This document shows, one piece after another, positions 14,436-28,739 of a stretch of 64,000 bases of DNA (position 1 is the first letter of the stretch; each line of letters starts with the position of its first letter). The translations under genes and the position numbers were made by a program. The notes under the pieces are model-generated. The model had not been told where the DNA came from and searched no databases. It was given only the letters and a program-made list of their open reading frames with translations. The DNA is from Octopus vulgaris (taxonomy: Eukaryota). The stretch covers positions 14,508,001-14,572,000 of the forward strand of contig OX597842.1 in the NCBI GenBank assembly GCA_951406725.2, in the 5' to 3' direction.

Positions 14436-15244
14436 ATACAAAGTGTATATATCTGTATATATATATATTAAACTTTTTATTACTTTTTGATAGTTACGTA
14501 AAGGGAACTGGTTGCTTCTTTACACTTTTTGGGTGCAACTTGGGTGCGAGAAAGACAATTTTCTCTGTTAATTACGTGACCAACAGGGGTCTAACAGGGG
14601 GAAATTATGCATAAACATGAACGCAGCGCATGTGAACATCCGAAGTGCTTTGAGTCGGGAGAAGAATTGAGCTGACGCAGACGTGTTGCAGAACAAGGGA
14701 GTACACGTGCAGAACAGAGGTGAATGAGTGCAATAGGGCTTGCTAGGCTGAAATACAGTGTACAGTATTGAATATCCCAGTGATTAATGCGGTAAGGCTG
14801 AGGCTATCAGCCAGTGCTTGAGCTATTATATGCCTCGGTCGTGCAGGAACAAAAGTGTGGCATGCTGGCACGTTGTAAGGGACAAACAACTTTCTCTATG
14901 TATGCGTGACCGACCTAGGGTCTTACAGAGATGAGGTGTGTTTACAAGGGCACACTGAGCATGAAAAACAAGCGAGAAAGGCATGTGTAGCGTATGAATG
15001 TGACAGAGATAGTCTTTTGCTGTCTGCCTTGAAGCACACCTTTCCATTGTTACTGCCTGATATTTATGATTGATCTTTCTAAATATTTTATTTCTCAACT
15101 TACTCAAGATCTTTTGTTGTTTATAAATGGGAGAGATATAGATAAAGATAGAGAGTAAGAGAAAGCGACGGAGAGTCCGAGAGAAAGGAAGAGTAAGAGA
15201 GCGGAAAAGTGAGAGAGAAAGGAGAGAGAAACAAAGAGGGAGAA

Positions 15245-15565
15245 TCATCATCATCATCGTCATCATCATCATCGTTTAACGTCCGTTTCATGTGCTAGCA
15301 CGGGTTGGACAGTTTGACAGGGGTCTGGGAAGCCAGGAGGCTGCACCAGGCTCCAGTCTGATCTGGCAGTGTTTCTACGGGTGAATGCCCTTTCTAACGC
15401 CAACCACTCTGTGAGCGTAGTGGGTGCTTTTACGTGCCGCCGGCACAGGTGCCAAGGGGGCGGGCAGCGGCCACGATCGGTTGGTGATTTTTACGTGCCA
15501 CCAGCACAGAAGCCAGTCAAGGCGGCGCTGCATTCCGCCACGTTCGGATGGTGCTTTTTACGTGC
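15245..15565 (-). mobile_element. RTE-related SINE-like element with (GAT)n tail
   Basis: Minus strand ggttggcgttagaaagggcattcacccgtagaaac ... cggacgttaaacgatgatgat; similar tail remnant at ~18125-18175. Confidence 0.6.
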
Positions 15566-15632
15566 TGAAAGGAAGCAACAGAAATTAACAACCACACTCT
15601 TACCCGCGCGTAGAGCGGGTCACCTTCAGCTA

Positions 15633-15678
<46 letters not shown>

Positions 15679-15802
15679 GTGTATGTGTTTATATGTGATT
15701 ATTTTTCTACAGATGAAACACGTAGTATAAATACATACATACATACCTACATAACTACATGCATACATACATACATGAATACATATATACATACATACAT
15801 GC

Positions 15803-15845
<43 letters not shown>

Positions 15846-15857
15846 TATATGTATATT

Positions 15858-15975
15858 GGCCTGCTCGCTTAGCCAGCGGGGTGGCGTCGGTCGAAGGCTA
15901 AAACAATGCGAACGCATTGTGACCATCGATGTGTAACAACATCTGATTGTCTGGTCGGTCACGTGATCACGTGAT
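15858..15975 (+). mobile_element. SINE family C, 3' part
   Basis: ggcctgctcgcttagccagcggggtggcg...tcacgtgatcacgtga, shared with 34610-34830 and 50215-50333. Confidence 0.7.
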
Positions 15976-16084
15976 ATATATATATATATATGTGTGTGTA
16001 TGTATATGTGTGTATATACGTCGCAATGGTTATAATATATTATCCTTTTGCATTCACGTCTCAACTCCTACCACACACACACAC

Positions 16085-16185
<101 letters not shown>

Positions 16186-17289
16186 GCTGTCGCAGTGATT
16201 ATGATATATAATCCTTTTGCATTCACGCCTCAACTCCTACTGCAACACTCGTTGTTGAATAGAATATTTGCTTGGGTATTTCGATAATTTGGAGACGTAA
16301 TTCATTGCACAATTGTGAATATCTTTTGTATTTTATCAATATGGTGACCATCCCACATATAGACACATATAAACACACACACATTCGCAAATATGTGCGT
16401 GTGCGTGTGTGTTCGTACATACATATGCGTAGGCATTATATAATTGTATAAAATCATACATTATATAAACCTTTGTAAACTTTATTGCATTTGAGAGCAA
16501 ATGAAATACCTGCAAATTAGTGACATTTCTGCTTAACATCCTGGTTACACCCAAGAAATATCCGCCTTACACTTACTCACACACAAACACACACTCATAC
16601 ACATAGTCGTGTGTGGGTGTATGAATATCTCTGTGTGTATATACGAATGTGACCACTTTGTCACTATGCAGTTGCGCCCTATTCGGGTATTTGTAGAGAT
16701 TTCAAGACCAAAGTTTGGTACAAATCCTTCTATGGTCATCCAGCCATATTCTGCCGGACATCTATTCCGGTGTGTATGAGTCTGGGTGTATATAAAAGTA
16801 CACGCATATATATTTATATTATCATATTTATGTGTATATGAATGCATTTTTATTTGTGTTTTCCCCATCTTTTCATCTCGGAACTGTCGTAAACGAGCCT
16901 CACCATCACACAAGAGATGAGATTCATCTTTAACTGCCTGTTTAAAAATATGTCCATCTTTGACAATGTTGTATCTTTCTCGGAAAGAGGCGATGGCTAG
17001 CGAGAGGAAAGGGATTCGTGTGTAGAATATCTGAACAATGAACACCGTTCGACCCAAGCATTATGAACTGAGGGACGTTACAATCATGACGACGACGACG
17101 ACGACGACGATGATGATGATGATGATGATGATGCTGGTGATCAACATCATCATCATAGCATTTTGTTCTCTCATTTGTTTGAGTCAGTGACCCTGAAGCT
17201 TATTGCTGCAGCAATGTGAATTGTTTTACTCTATGAAACTGAATACCGTAATTGTTTGAAGCAGTCTAACCAACTTAAAATCATAATTT

Positions 17290-17887
17290 TATGCTAAATT
17301 TCAGTACAAGTGTGGGATACTGCCAACTGTAAAGAATGACATAACCTCCTAAATAGAAGTAATGATGGAACTTCTTTTAATTTCTGGAAAACACCATTGT
17401 TGATTCCTATCATTACTCTAGCCTAGTTGGTTCCTATAGCCAGTGAAAGTTTTATATCTAATTTCGTTTTCACTAATTAAATTTTTAAAACATCTTCAAT
17501 GCCATCTACACCACGTATTTCTAAAGATAATATTCTGAAATATGTATGTACCACCGGTGGAGGCGGAGGAGCTGGAAAAGTTCATAACTTGATAAAGATC
17601 CTTATGAAAAACTTTCATTTGAAGCTTCAAGAAAGTGAAAACAAAAATTCAATAATAGCCGTTTTTACTACTAAAATTTGGCTATAAGATAAATTAACGA
17701 AAGTAGAAAACGAAGAAAAAGATGAAAAAAGGGTACCTATTGAGATAATGTCATGATCAGAGAAAAATTCTAAATAAAATTTTAAATCTACTATTTTTCC
17801 TGCTAAATGCTGAATTCAAAAACTTTCTGCTAAATGGTGAAAAAATAATGCTAGATCTATCATAAATATGCTAAATTGGCAACCCTG
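17290..17887 (-). mobile_element. hAT transposon remnant (ZNF862-like transposase) with 5' TIR
   Basis: Minus terminus CAGGGTTGCCAA at 17887; transposase motif as in the paralog at 34107-34367 (AIGTNKARVMVGINNGVFQKLK...LCHSLQLA, hAT DGA-M-G and CxxH regions). Confidence 0.8.
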
Positions 17888-17945
17888 GTGTGAAGCCTTC
17901 GAATTATTCTTTCTCAACTCTTATATGCTAAGTTATTCGCATACA

Positions 17946-17982
<37 letters not shown>

Positions 17983-18040
17983 TATCTATATATACATATA
18001 TATATATGTATATATGATCTCTCTCTATATATATATACAT

Positions 18041-18102
<62 letters not shown>

Positions 18103-18329
18103 TACATATATACACATACATATGACTTGCTAGTACGGACGTTGAACGTTGATGATGATGATGATGATGATGATGACACATATGTATATATATATATTAT
18201 ATATATACGTGCATGTGAGTGTATACATATATGTATATATATATATATATATATATACACATACATATATGTGTATGTGTGTATTTGTATATTAATTAAA
18301 GGGAAACGGACAATATAAATCGAAGGCGG

Positions 18330-18800
18330 GAAGAATATCTCAAGCCATTTACAATATTTAATTTGAAGTCCTCCAGTCGTTTCTAGGATATCCCAAGTGA
18401 TAGGCTAGCATGTGCGTACATTGAGTATTCCAACATCAGAGACTATACGACTAATTGTGAAAGATCTAGACAGGGAATTTCACAAGTTAAAAGGCATGAA
18501 ATGGGTAATAGAAGAATATCAGTAGATAGAAGAATACAGAGAGGAGTTTAATGTTCACAGCACATCCTTTTCCAGAGGGTAGGGACGTAAGTTCGCACTT
18601 CGATGAAGTACTTGAGATACCCTCGCTGCCTTGATTTGTGTTGTCCTTTTTCTTCTAATTAATATAGACCAGCTAACTCAGACGCCTAACACGGATCCCT
18701 AGCTCCAGCCTCAGATGTGAAATTGGAACGTAACGGATAATCGAATATAGCATTTTGTCAGCGTACCTATTCGTTTAGATCACCAAGGAATTACAGACAT
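18330..18800. repeat. Dispersed repeat family H, copy 3 (hammerhead-like half inverted)
   Basis: 18365-18560 is the reverse complement of 12090-12245; 18610-18800 is a direct match to 12320-12482. Confidence 0.65.
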
Positions 18801-18817
18801 ATATACATGTATATGCG

Positions 18818-18975
18818 CAGCAGTGGCTGTGTGGTAAGTAGCTTGCTATCCAACCACATGGTCCCGGGTTCAGTCCCACTGCGTGGCATCTTGGGCAAGT
18901 GTCTTCTGCTATAGCTTCGGGCCGGCCAATACCTTGTGAGTGGATTTGGTAGACGGAAACTGAAAGAAACCTGTT
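18818..18975 (+). mobile_element. SINE family A, 5' part
   Basis: Matches the head of 28134; this segment is not present in duplication copy 2. Confidence 0.85.
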
Positions 18976-18978
18976 GTA

Positions 18979-19035
<57 letters not shown>

Positions 19036-19340
19036 ATATATATAGTTTTGGGTTCAGTCCCACTGCGTCGCAACATGGCCGAGAGTCTCCCGCTATAGCC
19101 TCCGGCCGACCTGTTTTTTTTAGTGAATTCGATAGCCGGAAACCGAAAGAAACATCTCATCTCAATATATGTGCGGATAAGCGTGTATGTGTGTCTGTGT
19201 TTGTGTGTTTGCGTGTTTTAGAGTGTTTAACAACCGGCGTAGGTGCGTTTATGGCCCATTAATATTACCATTCATTCAATTAAACATTATTCAAGGGGGT
19301 GCGCCAACTTGGCCGATGTCTAGTGACAGAAACAAAAGAT

Positions 19341-19399
<59 letters not shown>

Positions 19400-19457
19400 G
19401 GGTGTGTGTCTGTGTGTCTCTTTATGTATGTGTATATAAAGAGATGTATGTAGACAT

Positions 19458-19521
<64 letters not shown>

Positions 19522-21249
19522 ATATATATTGTATACCAATACATGTATATATCTATGTACACAGACAAACATACTCACGCACACATACACATATATGTAT
19601 GTATAATATTGCTAAATACTATGGTGAATATTGCTTACTACTACATTGCGTCACCCATTGTGTATTAAAATTTCAATACATAGTAGTAAGCAAACACACC
19701 AAACATTGTTAACATATGTTCTAAATGTTAAGTCAAATGGAACAGACAACATTCCTTCCTTTCTCAAAGTATTATATACTACTCTCTCTCTCTTTCTCTT
19801 TCTCTAGCTATCTCTCTAAAAGATAAGCATTATTTTGCTTTTCTGATGTGGTGCCTCAACAAATCACACACACACACAAAGATTCATAATACATACATAC
19901 ATATATAGTGAGAACCCACAAGATAGTAAAAGCTATAGCCACTAATAAGAAGTATTTTTGAAATGTCCCAGTGAAACCCTCAATAAAATGTGACCATAAT
20001 CGACGTGACAGAGAAGATTTGACTCAGGGAAGACAATCTGTGTACAGCTGTGGAAATGAGCTGACCAGCGGATGTTAACATAAATCTAAAGATCATAAAA
20101 AGAATTCTTGAACTCTTGAGAAATCTACAGTTACACGTCCTATATTATCAGTTAACGTATAGACTTGAACTTGTAATCTGTAATTAGTGGGGCACTGGGA
20201 TATGCAACACACTGTCTAATCCCGAGAAATTAGGCTTCCCAAAACTAGAAGGGAAAAAGCTGATTCGAAATCTACAGATCCAGGCCACCACTGGATCTCT
20301 TAAAATCTAAATGTTTCCAGAAATTTATCATTTAAATATATGCATGAGAATACATACACAAAACCAAATATTCAAATCTGCACGTGTACTAATTTCAAAT
20401 ACGGCTAATATTCACGTGCATACATGCAAATGTACCCTGTGATGTTGAAATTCCAATGAAGGAACATTGGATCTAGGTTAGAATCCGGTTCACCCTCTAC
20501 ATATAAAACTGGATAATCACATACATACATACATACATACATACATACACACATACATACATACATACATACATACATACATTCATACATACATACATAC
20601 ATACATACATAATACATACATACATACATACATACATGGTGGCTGTCTCCTCGTCATCGAGTATGGCCATTGTAAGTGCCGTCGTATTATACTATTTCAG
20701 TTTTGTGCAGAGACCAGACTGGTGTTTTGTATTTTTCCAGCATTTTCCCGTCATTCTTTGCCCTTCACATCTGCATCCGCGAGGTTTCTTCAATCACTTC
20801 TCAAATCTGTTTAAGCATTTGGCATGCTTTTTTACATTGCCAACGTTTAATAAAGTTTTTCTTTGGGGTGGGGATTCCTCATCTTGAAAATGTGGCCCGA
20901 GTAGACCCGAATGAATTCGGTTCATAATAACGAAACAATGCTATTTTAATCCCGAGCAAAGGCGGTTTTCTCTGCTAGTGTATCATATAGGAATAGTATT
21001 TCTATGTAATATACGATGTGTCTATGGATGTTTCTATTTGTTCTGCAGTGATTTAAGGCAGGTTTTCCCAATGTGGCAATGGTTGCATGTTCTTTATTTC
21101 ATATTCTACCATTATGATCATTGTTACTCAATAGTTATTGTAGATTTCCTGCAAAATGTCAAATTTCACCATTGTACATATAAAAAAATCTATAAATTAA
21201 AAATTTGAAAATTTAGTGAAACGCAACTCGTAAGTATTGTCCAATTGTT

Positions 21250-22410
21250 ATTGGATTTGAACGTGAAACGAGTGAACAAACCTGATTATTTTGAAATTTA
21301 ACATAAAATTATTTACATTTTAAGCAATTATTATTAGAAATTATTGGTTTAGAAACAAATTATATGGTATCATACTTTGGACAAATATTGAAAGAATTCC
21401 GGTCAGGTTTATTTGTAAGAATTGTTTGGTGTCTGAAAATATGAAGTCCACAAAAATTAAAAACGTTTTCATTCAAGACATTTCTTTATAATAATAAGAC
21501 TATAGAATTGTCTTGAAAGGCTATCAGTGCACAGAAGCAATCTCTTGAGCAAGTTATTCACTCAATAGACAGAGTGAAATACTTAAGGGCATCATTTGAA
21601 GCTGCTTATTTAATTGCAAGAGATAAAAGAAACCCCAAACAACATCGGTGAAGAACTTGTATTAGCAGCAGCAATGAAAACATCAGGAAATAACATGCAG
21701 ATGAATAAAAGTTCGTCTGTCAAATGATAATGTTGGCATTTGTATTTCAGAAATTAATAATGATTAATTGGAGTAAATTATGCGAAGGTTTTTAAAAAAC
21801 GTCTCTAAACATGCAATTCAATTAGATGAAGCAATTAAAATTACAAACTATAGTAATATAGAATAGGGGCCAGGAAGATTGGTTCGTTAGATGGAGACTT
21901 TGTAGCTTAAAGTAGACGATAGTTTCTCAGAACTAGGCCTTGGATGGTATAAATGTAATGTAGTATGTAATAAAGATGCAGAAGCTATGATGAGGAGGGA
22001 AATTGGGGTTGAAGTTAAATTTGTAAGATAAAAATCCTATTTCTGTCACTTATTGCAATCTTCACTGAGAGGTGTTTGTTTCTCAGAAAATATTTCCAGA
22101 TACTTTTGCAATATTACAAGAAGCGGTTAAAATTATTAACGTTATTAAAATTCTTGTTCTCAATAGTTTCCTCTTCTGTGAGGAAATGGTATCCAAGTGT
22201 GATGAATCTGAAATGGAGAAGCTTTGAAGCAATTGTTAGAACTTTAAGAAAATGAAGACATAATATTCCTACTGGGATTAAATTCAGATTTGTTTCACAA
22301 TGAAGATTCGTTATACAAATTATTCTATTTGTCATACATTTTTGGACAACTTAATAAACGTAATATGTCTGTACAAAAGGGAAGAACACTGAAATTTCTT
22401 ATTTAAATAA
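21250..22410 (+). mobile_element. Decayed hAT Charlie/Buster (ZBED5-like) transposase
   Basis: KYLRASFEAAYLIARDK..NIGEELVLAAA (~21578-21675), AIQLDE (~21813-21830), then degenerate TDGA-M-G and HCxxH regions; many stops. Confidence 0.75.
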
Positions 22411-22726
22411 AATATTCAAGAATAATGAAACACGTGGTTGATTGTAAAGACAGAAGCCACTTCCCCGCAGCTGAATTTCGTCGAGATATCTGTGCATCTG
22501 TCTCAATCTTCCACCGCCGACCAGATATCTCTACCGTCGACCTACATGCTGTTAACAAAGGGAACCGGCTTCTTACACATTTTAAGCCGTTGATGCTTCA
22601 AGGAGTCGAGGCTTAGGGTACATGTCAGCTGCAGATGGACAGGTACTTTCTCTGTCAATGACGCTCTTAGGTCAGGTGAGGATGATTCTGATGGTTGGGT
22701 AGGGCTGCAACATAACACTCAGAGAG

Positions 22727-22776
<50 letters not shown>

Positions 22777-22899
22777 AGAAAGTGAGAAATATTAGTGAGG
22801 AAAAGAGACGACTCAGATGGTGCTTGGATTTGACGGTAATGTCCCACCGACACGCACAGATGCAGGAGAGGAGAGCCGAGAAGCTTTCCGACTGGAACA

Positions 22900-23265
22900 G
22901 CGATTTCCAGCAGAAGACCCGTATTGGGAAGGCAGCCTTTCTCACAGATGTGTGCGACGAACCGAATTTGTTTCCTCATAACTCCCCGCCAAACGGACAG
23001 TATTTAATAAAATTTTCTGTAAATACGCTTCAGATGGTGATCATTCTGATTATATCGGAATTTGTAGCGAAACAAATTTGTCTGTGGGCAGAAAGATGAG
23101 TTTCGTAAAATTCACATGAATTGTCTGTGTTTGCTCAAAACTTTAACAAAAATGGGTTATTTTCTAATGTAATTTTCTGTAAATACGTTACAGTGTGTGT
23201 AAAACGTGATTATATTGGAATTTAATGTGGAAAGAAAAAATAATGAGGACACACACACACACACA

Positions 23266-23346
<81 letters not shown>

Positions 23347-24170
23347 ACGCACATCACAATTTTCTTCGAAATTTCAAGTTTCCTTTTGTCGATATGTGAC
23401 CTGTTGTACTATGTATGTGTAGTAATCCATCAAATTAATTTTCTCATATTCATTTCCCATATACTTTTTCACGCTGAGAGTTGCTGAAGCATGGAACAAA
23501 CTGCCGGGATCAGTTGTTAGTTGTCGGAGCACTGCATCCTTCAAAACTTCCATGTTTTCTGAGATTCGCCAACACTGCACCTGATTTCCTCCCCTCTATA
23601 CACACACAAGCATGTATCTGACTCATACATTGTTCGCTTTCCAGACATTTGTACATTACTGCATACACCTTATACGCACTTTCGGACAAGTTGTGTTGCA
23701 CCTGAGCAATGTATACAATAATTTCATTATTATTATTATTATTATTATTTTATAATTGTAATCGACACACTCTGAAAGGCATTTATAGAAAATTCCATAA
23801 AAAATTTACTAATTTTCTGAAAGTTGGGAAAAAAGCCAGACGCCTTTTGTGAATTTTCCAAAACTCCTCACATCGAAGTAGGAAAAATGTTTTCATCAAA
23901 TATTCCGATATAATCGCAATTGACAGCATCAGAAGCTCAGTTTTAGAAAATACAATTTAAAATCTCCATTTTCTGGAAGATCTGAGGCAGGAAATTCGGG
24001 TGTCAAACATCTGAAGCAATACCGAAAGGCATTTAATATCTTCACACTGAACTCTTTCATAACCGTCGAGATGCGTCAATTTCCGTCGATTTCCGTTCTC
24101 GTAGCTCTTTCCCCGCCACCGCTCCGTCACACATCCATGAGACCGGCCTGCGATGAGTAAAAACAGTGTG
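22900..24170. repeat. Old imperfect long inverted repeat (foldback-like)
   Basis: 23010-23225 resembles the reverse complement of 23745-23955 (e.g. gattatatcggaat vs attccgatataatc); weaker similarity further out. Confidence 0.5.
23455..23750 (+). mobile_element. CR1/L2-type LINE 3' end
   Basis: FFTLRVAEAWNKLPGSVV...SFK followed by a 3'UTR and (TTA)n tail. Confidence 0.8.
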
Positions 24171-25929
24171 TCGAGATGTTTCGGTTGTAGAGGCGTCGTC
24201 ACTATGAGCTGAATTTGTCTCCGTTAGATGGCATTCACTTGTTTCCTGTTCTATTTTCATCACTTCCGGTCTGATCCCTTTCCTTCTTGATGTTTACTTT
24301 CACAATTTTGCAGCTTAAAATACGACGACAACCGGTGCACGGCTGCACTAAACTGCACTTTCATTGCATATTCTTGCTCTCTTCTCTTTGTAGTGGACAG
24401 TTAATGGCTAATCTTTGCAGTTTTCTGACCAAATGCCAATTATAAAATAGAAACTATTAGATTGAGGCAAATGTCCGTGCGTCGTGTTAAAATAATAATT
24501 TTTTTTTCATGCAACAATTTATTCAAGAGCAACAACTATTCTTCAAAATAAAGACCAAACGCACGAACTTTTCCCTCCACTTAATAAATAAATTTTGAAG
24601 CAATTAAAGAAATAAGAGGTTTCATTTAGTATGCGATGTTTGGCTGCTATTTCTAGCAGCTGCATCCACAATAGGTGCAGGGTGCAGTGTGAAGATTACG
24701 AGGAGGAAATTAAGGGGTAAGAATTGCAATATTAAAAAAGCGAAACGAAAAACGAATCAGTGATATAGAAAAGTGTTCGATATTTATTGATATTGCGTTA
24801 TAAACACTTCGATCTATTATTTACATTAAATCATTTTTGGAAATCTTCAAATTCTGCGCAAGAAAAAATACAATTTAAAGCGAAAAGGGATTCAATAAGA
24901 GTTATTGTTCTTACGCTTTGACACCGCCCACCACATTGTATAATGTAGAATGACTCCGCCCATTTTGCTTTGTTTATTAACTCATACCCTTCCCCTATTA
25001 CAAAATATATATCGTCCAATAAGCGCGCTCTCCCTCTTTGTCTGTCTCTTTCTCTTCGCCTCGGTCTCCCACCTCCTCTTATATTACCCAATGCTTCCCC
25101 CTCCCTTGCTTGTAGTCTTAATTTCCTCTGTCTGCACCTCACTAAACCCATAATGCATTTTCATACTCTTTCTCCCTCCCCTACAAAACATATCCTCCCA
25201 CTTCTCCCTCTTTGTCTCCTTTCTCTCAGAACCTCATTATATATTCATTTTAACCACCCCGCCTCCCTTGCTATATCGTTCACCTCATCCTCTTCCTCAC
25301 TTCCTAAACGTATATACATCAATTTCCCCCCTCTCTCTCTCTGACACACACACTCTTTCTCTTTCTTTCTCTGCCATTTCATACATTAACATATCCCTCC
25401 CCTTCCCTAGATTTCCCTATCTCTCTTTCTCTCTTCCTTTCTCTCTCTCTCTCTCACTCTTTCTTCCTTTCTTTCTCTCTCTATCTCCTCCACCTCCTTA
25501 TATCTTACCCTCTCCCTCTTCCTCTCCTTTTATTCCTAAGAAACCTTATTTTCTTACAAATAAATTATATTTTCAGATTTACCTTAAAATTTCTCTCTCG
25601 CTAATTATTTTACCAGAAGCTAATTATTTAACTAACTATTAATTACATAATTACTGTGTAGTTCTTAATTGAGGAAATTAAATAGTCGAGGCATTGACGG
25701 ACAATTTAAGAAGCATTTATTCAAAGAATCGTCCTACACGTGGTTTGACATTATGCTAGAAATAACAGCCCACCACACTAATACTTTACATTGTTTATAT
25801 GAAGGTCACTTTAAGGAGCTTCTGAGGAAATATAGTCCAGTTGGGGATCAAATGTGATGCTAGAAATAACAGCCAAGTCTGCTAAAGTTTGGTTTTGTGT
25901 TTCATATGAAAATGAAGGACACTTCGAAA

Positions 25930-27915
25930 CTCTTCTCTCTCCTTCCTCATTCTGTATTAATACCTCATCCTTCCCCTCTTCCTTTCTCTAATACCTGATA
26001 GACTCCCTCTCTTATCACACACATCATCCCCTCTCCTTCTCTACTCCTCTCCCTCTCTCTCTGTCACTTATTTATGTTATTGTTTTCTCTCAACTCTTAC
26101 TCTCCCCCCCTCACAAAGCATATATCTCATACATCATCTCTGTTTCCTTCCCCCTCCCTCACTTTTTGTCTCTCTTCCCTCCCTCTTTACCACCTCATAT
26201 CTCATACTATCCCTCTACCTCTTTTGCGCTCCGCCCCACGTCACACTCTCCCTCTCTTTCTAAACCTATGTATCATTCTCTCTCTCCCTCCACCTCCTTA
26301 TATAATATTCTCTCATTCTCTTACCTCATTCTTTCCCTCCCTTTCTCCTCCCTTTCCATCTCCCTCTCTTTCTCTATGTCTGTCTTTCTCTCTCTTTGCT
26401 CTCTCCATTTCTCTATTTCAGTCTCTCTCTTTCGCCCTCTCGCTTCTTATGTCTCTCTCTGTCTCCGTGTCTCTGTTTGTCTGTCTCTCTCTTTCCCCCT
26501 CTCCCTCTCCCTCTCTCTATTACCTTATTATATATTAATGCTCCGCCTTTTTACTCTTTGTCTCTCATCTCATACTCCTCCTCTCTTCTTAACATTAATT
26601 TCTCTAATCCCTCCTCCTTCCTCCCCCTCTCTCCCTCCCTCTCCCTCTTTCTTCTCATCATTTTTACAGAATTACGTCGCCTTCCTCTCTATCTCTCTCT
26701 CATTCTTTCTTTCTTTTTGTTTCCCTTTAATTTCTTTCTATTTTCTTTCCTTTCTTTTTGCATGCTTTGTTTCTTTCTTTCCTTTTCCTCTCTTCCTTTC
26801 TTACTTCCTTTCCTTCTTTCTTTCCTTTTCCTTTCTTTCTTTTTCTTTTTCTGTCTTTCATTTTTTCTCTCTTTCTTTTTTCTTTCTATCTTTCTTTTTT
26901 CTTTCTTTCTTGAACTTCCTTTCTTTCTTTGTTTCATTCTTTCTTACTTTCTTCTTTCTTTCTTTCCTTTTCCTTTCTTTTTTTTTCTTTGTTTTTTCTT
27001 TCTCTCTCCTTTCTTTCTTTCTTTCTTCTTTTTTTCTTTCTTTGTTTCTTCCTTTTTTCTTCCTTCCTTCATCTCTCACATTCTTTCCTTCTTTCCTTCT
27101 TCCTTTCTTTCTTTCTTTCTTTCCGTTCTTCGTTCTTTCTTTCTTTCCTTCTTTCTTTCTTCCCTCCTTCCTTCCTTCCTCCCTTCCTTTCTTTATTTTC
27201 TTAATTTTCTTTTCTTTCTTCATTCTTTCATTCTTTCTTTCTTTCTTTCTTTCTTTCTTTCCTTTCTTTTTTCTTTCTTTCTTTCCTTTTACTTTCTTTC
27301 TTCCTTTCTTTCTATCTTCTTTCTTTCTTTTTCTTTCCTTTTCTCTTTCTTTCTTTCTTTCTTTATTTCTTCCCTTTCTTTCTTCCTTCCTTCATTTCTC
27401 TCATTCTTTCCTTCTTTCTTTCTTTCCTTCTTTCTTTCTCTCATTCTTTCTTTCTTTCATTCATTCATTTTCGTTATTTCTTTGGTTTTCTTTCTGTTTT
27501 TCATTTCCTTCTTCTTAACCTTCATTCTTTTTTCTTTCATTGCTCTTATCTTACTTTCTTCTTTGCTTCTTTTCTTTTTCTTCCTTCCTTTTATTGTCGT
27601 TGTTTCGTTTCCTTTCCTTTTCTCCTTTTTCTCTCTCTCCCTCTCGCCCTGATCTTATCTTTCTCTCCTTCTTTCCTTTATTTCCCTTCTTTCTTTCTTT
27701 TTTCCTTCTTTTTTCCTTCATTCTTTCTCCCTTTCTTTCTTTCCTCTCTCCCGCTCTCATTTCATGCATTATTACAGAATCATGTTACTTTATTCCTTCC
27801 CTCCTCTTTTCTTTCATTCCTTCTTTTTCTCTTTTTTTTCTTCCTTTCTCTCTCTCTCACTCCCTTTCATTCTTTCCTTCTTTTTACTCACTCTCTCACT
27901 CTCTTTCTTTCCCTT
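25930..27915 (+). repeat. Polypyrimidine (CT/TTTC/TTCC) tract
   Basis: Almost purine-free plus strand; a similar weaker tract at 25020-25540. Confidence 0.95.
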
Positions 27916-28133
27916 AATCTCATTGTTTCCCTCCCAAAACCATTCCGACTTTTATAAAAGAATCTCACCTCTCTATTGTCTCGCATCATTCGTGAAACAG
28001 CAACCAAACACCTTGAAATTCCTAATGTCTTATTTTTATATAAAAGCAGAACACTTGAGGAGGCGTCTATCAAATATATTGTCCTACTGGTGGTCGGGTA
28101 ATATGCTAAAAATGATAGTTTATATTTTGTATA

Positions 28134-28558
28134 GGCGCAGGAGTGGCTGTTTGGTAAGTAGCTTGCTAACAAACCACATAGTTCCGGGTTCAGTCCCACT
28201 GCGTGGCATCTTGGGCAAGTGTGTTCTGCTATAGCCCCGGGCCGACCAATGCCTTGTGAGTGGATTTGGTAGACGGAAACTGAAAGAAGCCAGTCGAATA
28301 TATGTATATATATATATAAGTGTGTGTGAATATGTTTGTGTGTCTGTGTTTGTTCCCTAGCATTGCTTGACAACCGATGCTGGTGTGTTTACGTCCCCGT
28401 AACTTAGCGGTTCGGCAAAAGAGACCGATAGAATAAGTACTGGGCTTACAAAGAATAAGTCCCGGGGTCGATTTTCTAGACTAAAGGCGGTGCTCCAGCA
28501 TGGCCGCAGTCAAATGACTGAAACAAGTAAAAAGAGTAATAAAGAGTAAAAAGAGTAT
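28134..28558 (+). mobile_element. Full-length tRNA-derived SINE, family A
   Basis: ggcgcaggagTGGCTGTTTGGtaag A-box-like and GGTTCAGTCC B-box-like head, internal TA/TG microsatellite, (aaagagta)n tail; about ten copies in the window. Confidence 0.9.
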
Positions 28559-28739
28559 TGCTTTTCATGAAGGATTGAAGGAGACTTTAAGAAGCATCCA
28601 GATGAATATTATTCAATTGGAGGTCCTACGTGATGCTAGAAATAACAGTAAATATGTCTTTGATAAATATTTTTATTGTTTTTGTTGAATAATATTTGTT
28701 GAAAAATTGCCGCAATAATTATGCACCAACCCAATATTT

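Noticed and set aside
20690-21150. piggyBac-like Cys-rich tail on the minus strand (PRGCRCEG...KCW...GLC)
   Set aside because: Cys spacing incomplete; no TTAA, TIR or DDD motif found
22425-22700. GC-richer segment as a host exon
   Set aside because: Stops in the plausible frames; minus VDGRDIWSAVED*DRC looks more like a decayed LINE ORF1, too weak to call
26074-27917. 450-aa and 418-aa F/L/S-rich ORFs as membrane proteins
   Set aside because: Pyrimidine-only sequence cannot encode stop codons; low complexity
28134-28210. tRNA gene
   Set aside because: A/B-box-like head continues into a multi-copy SINE body; no complete cloverleaf
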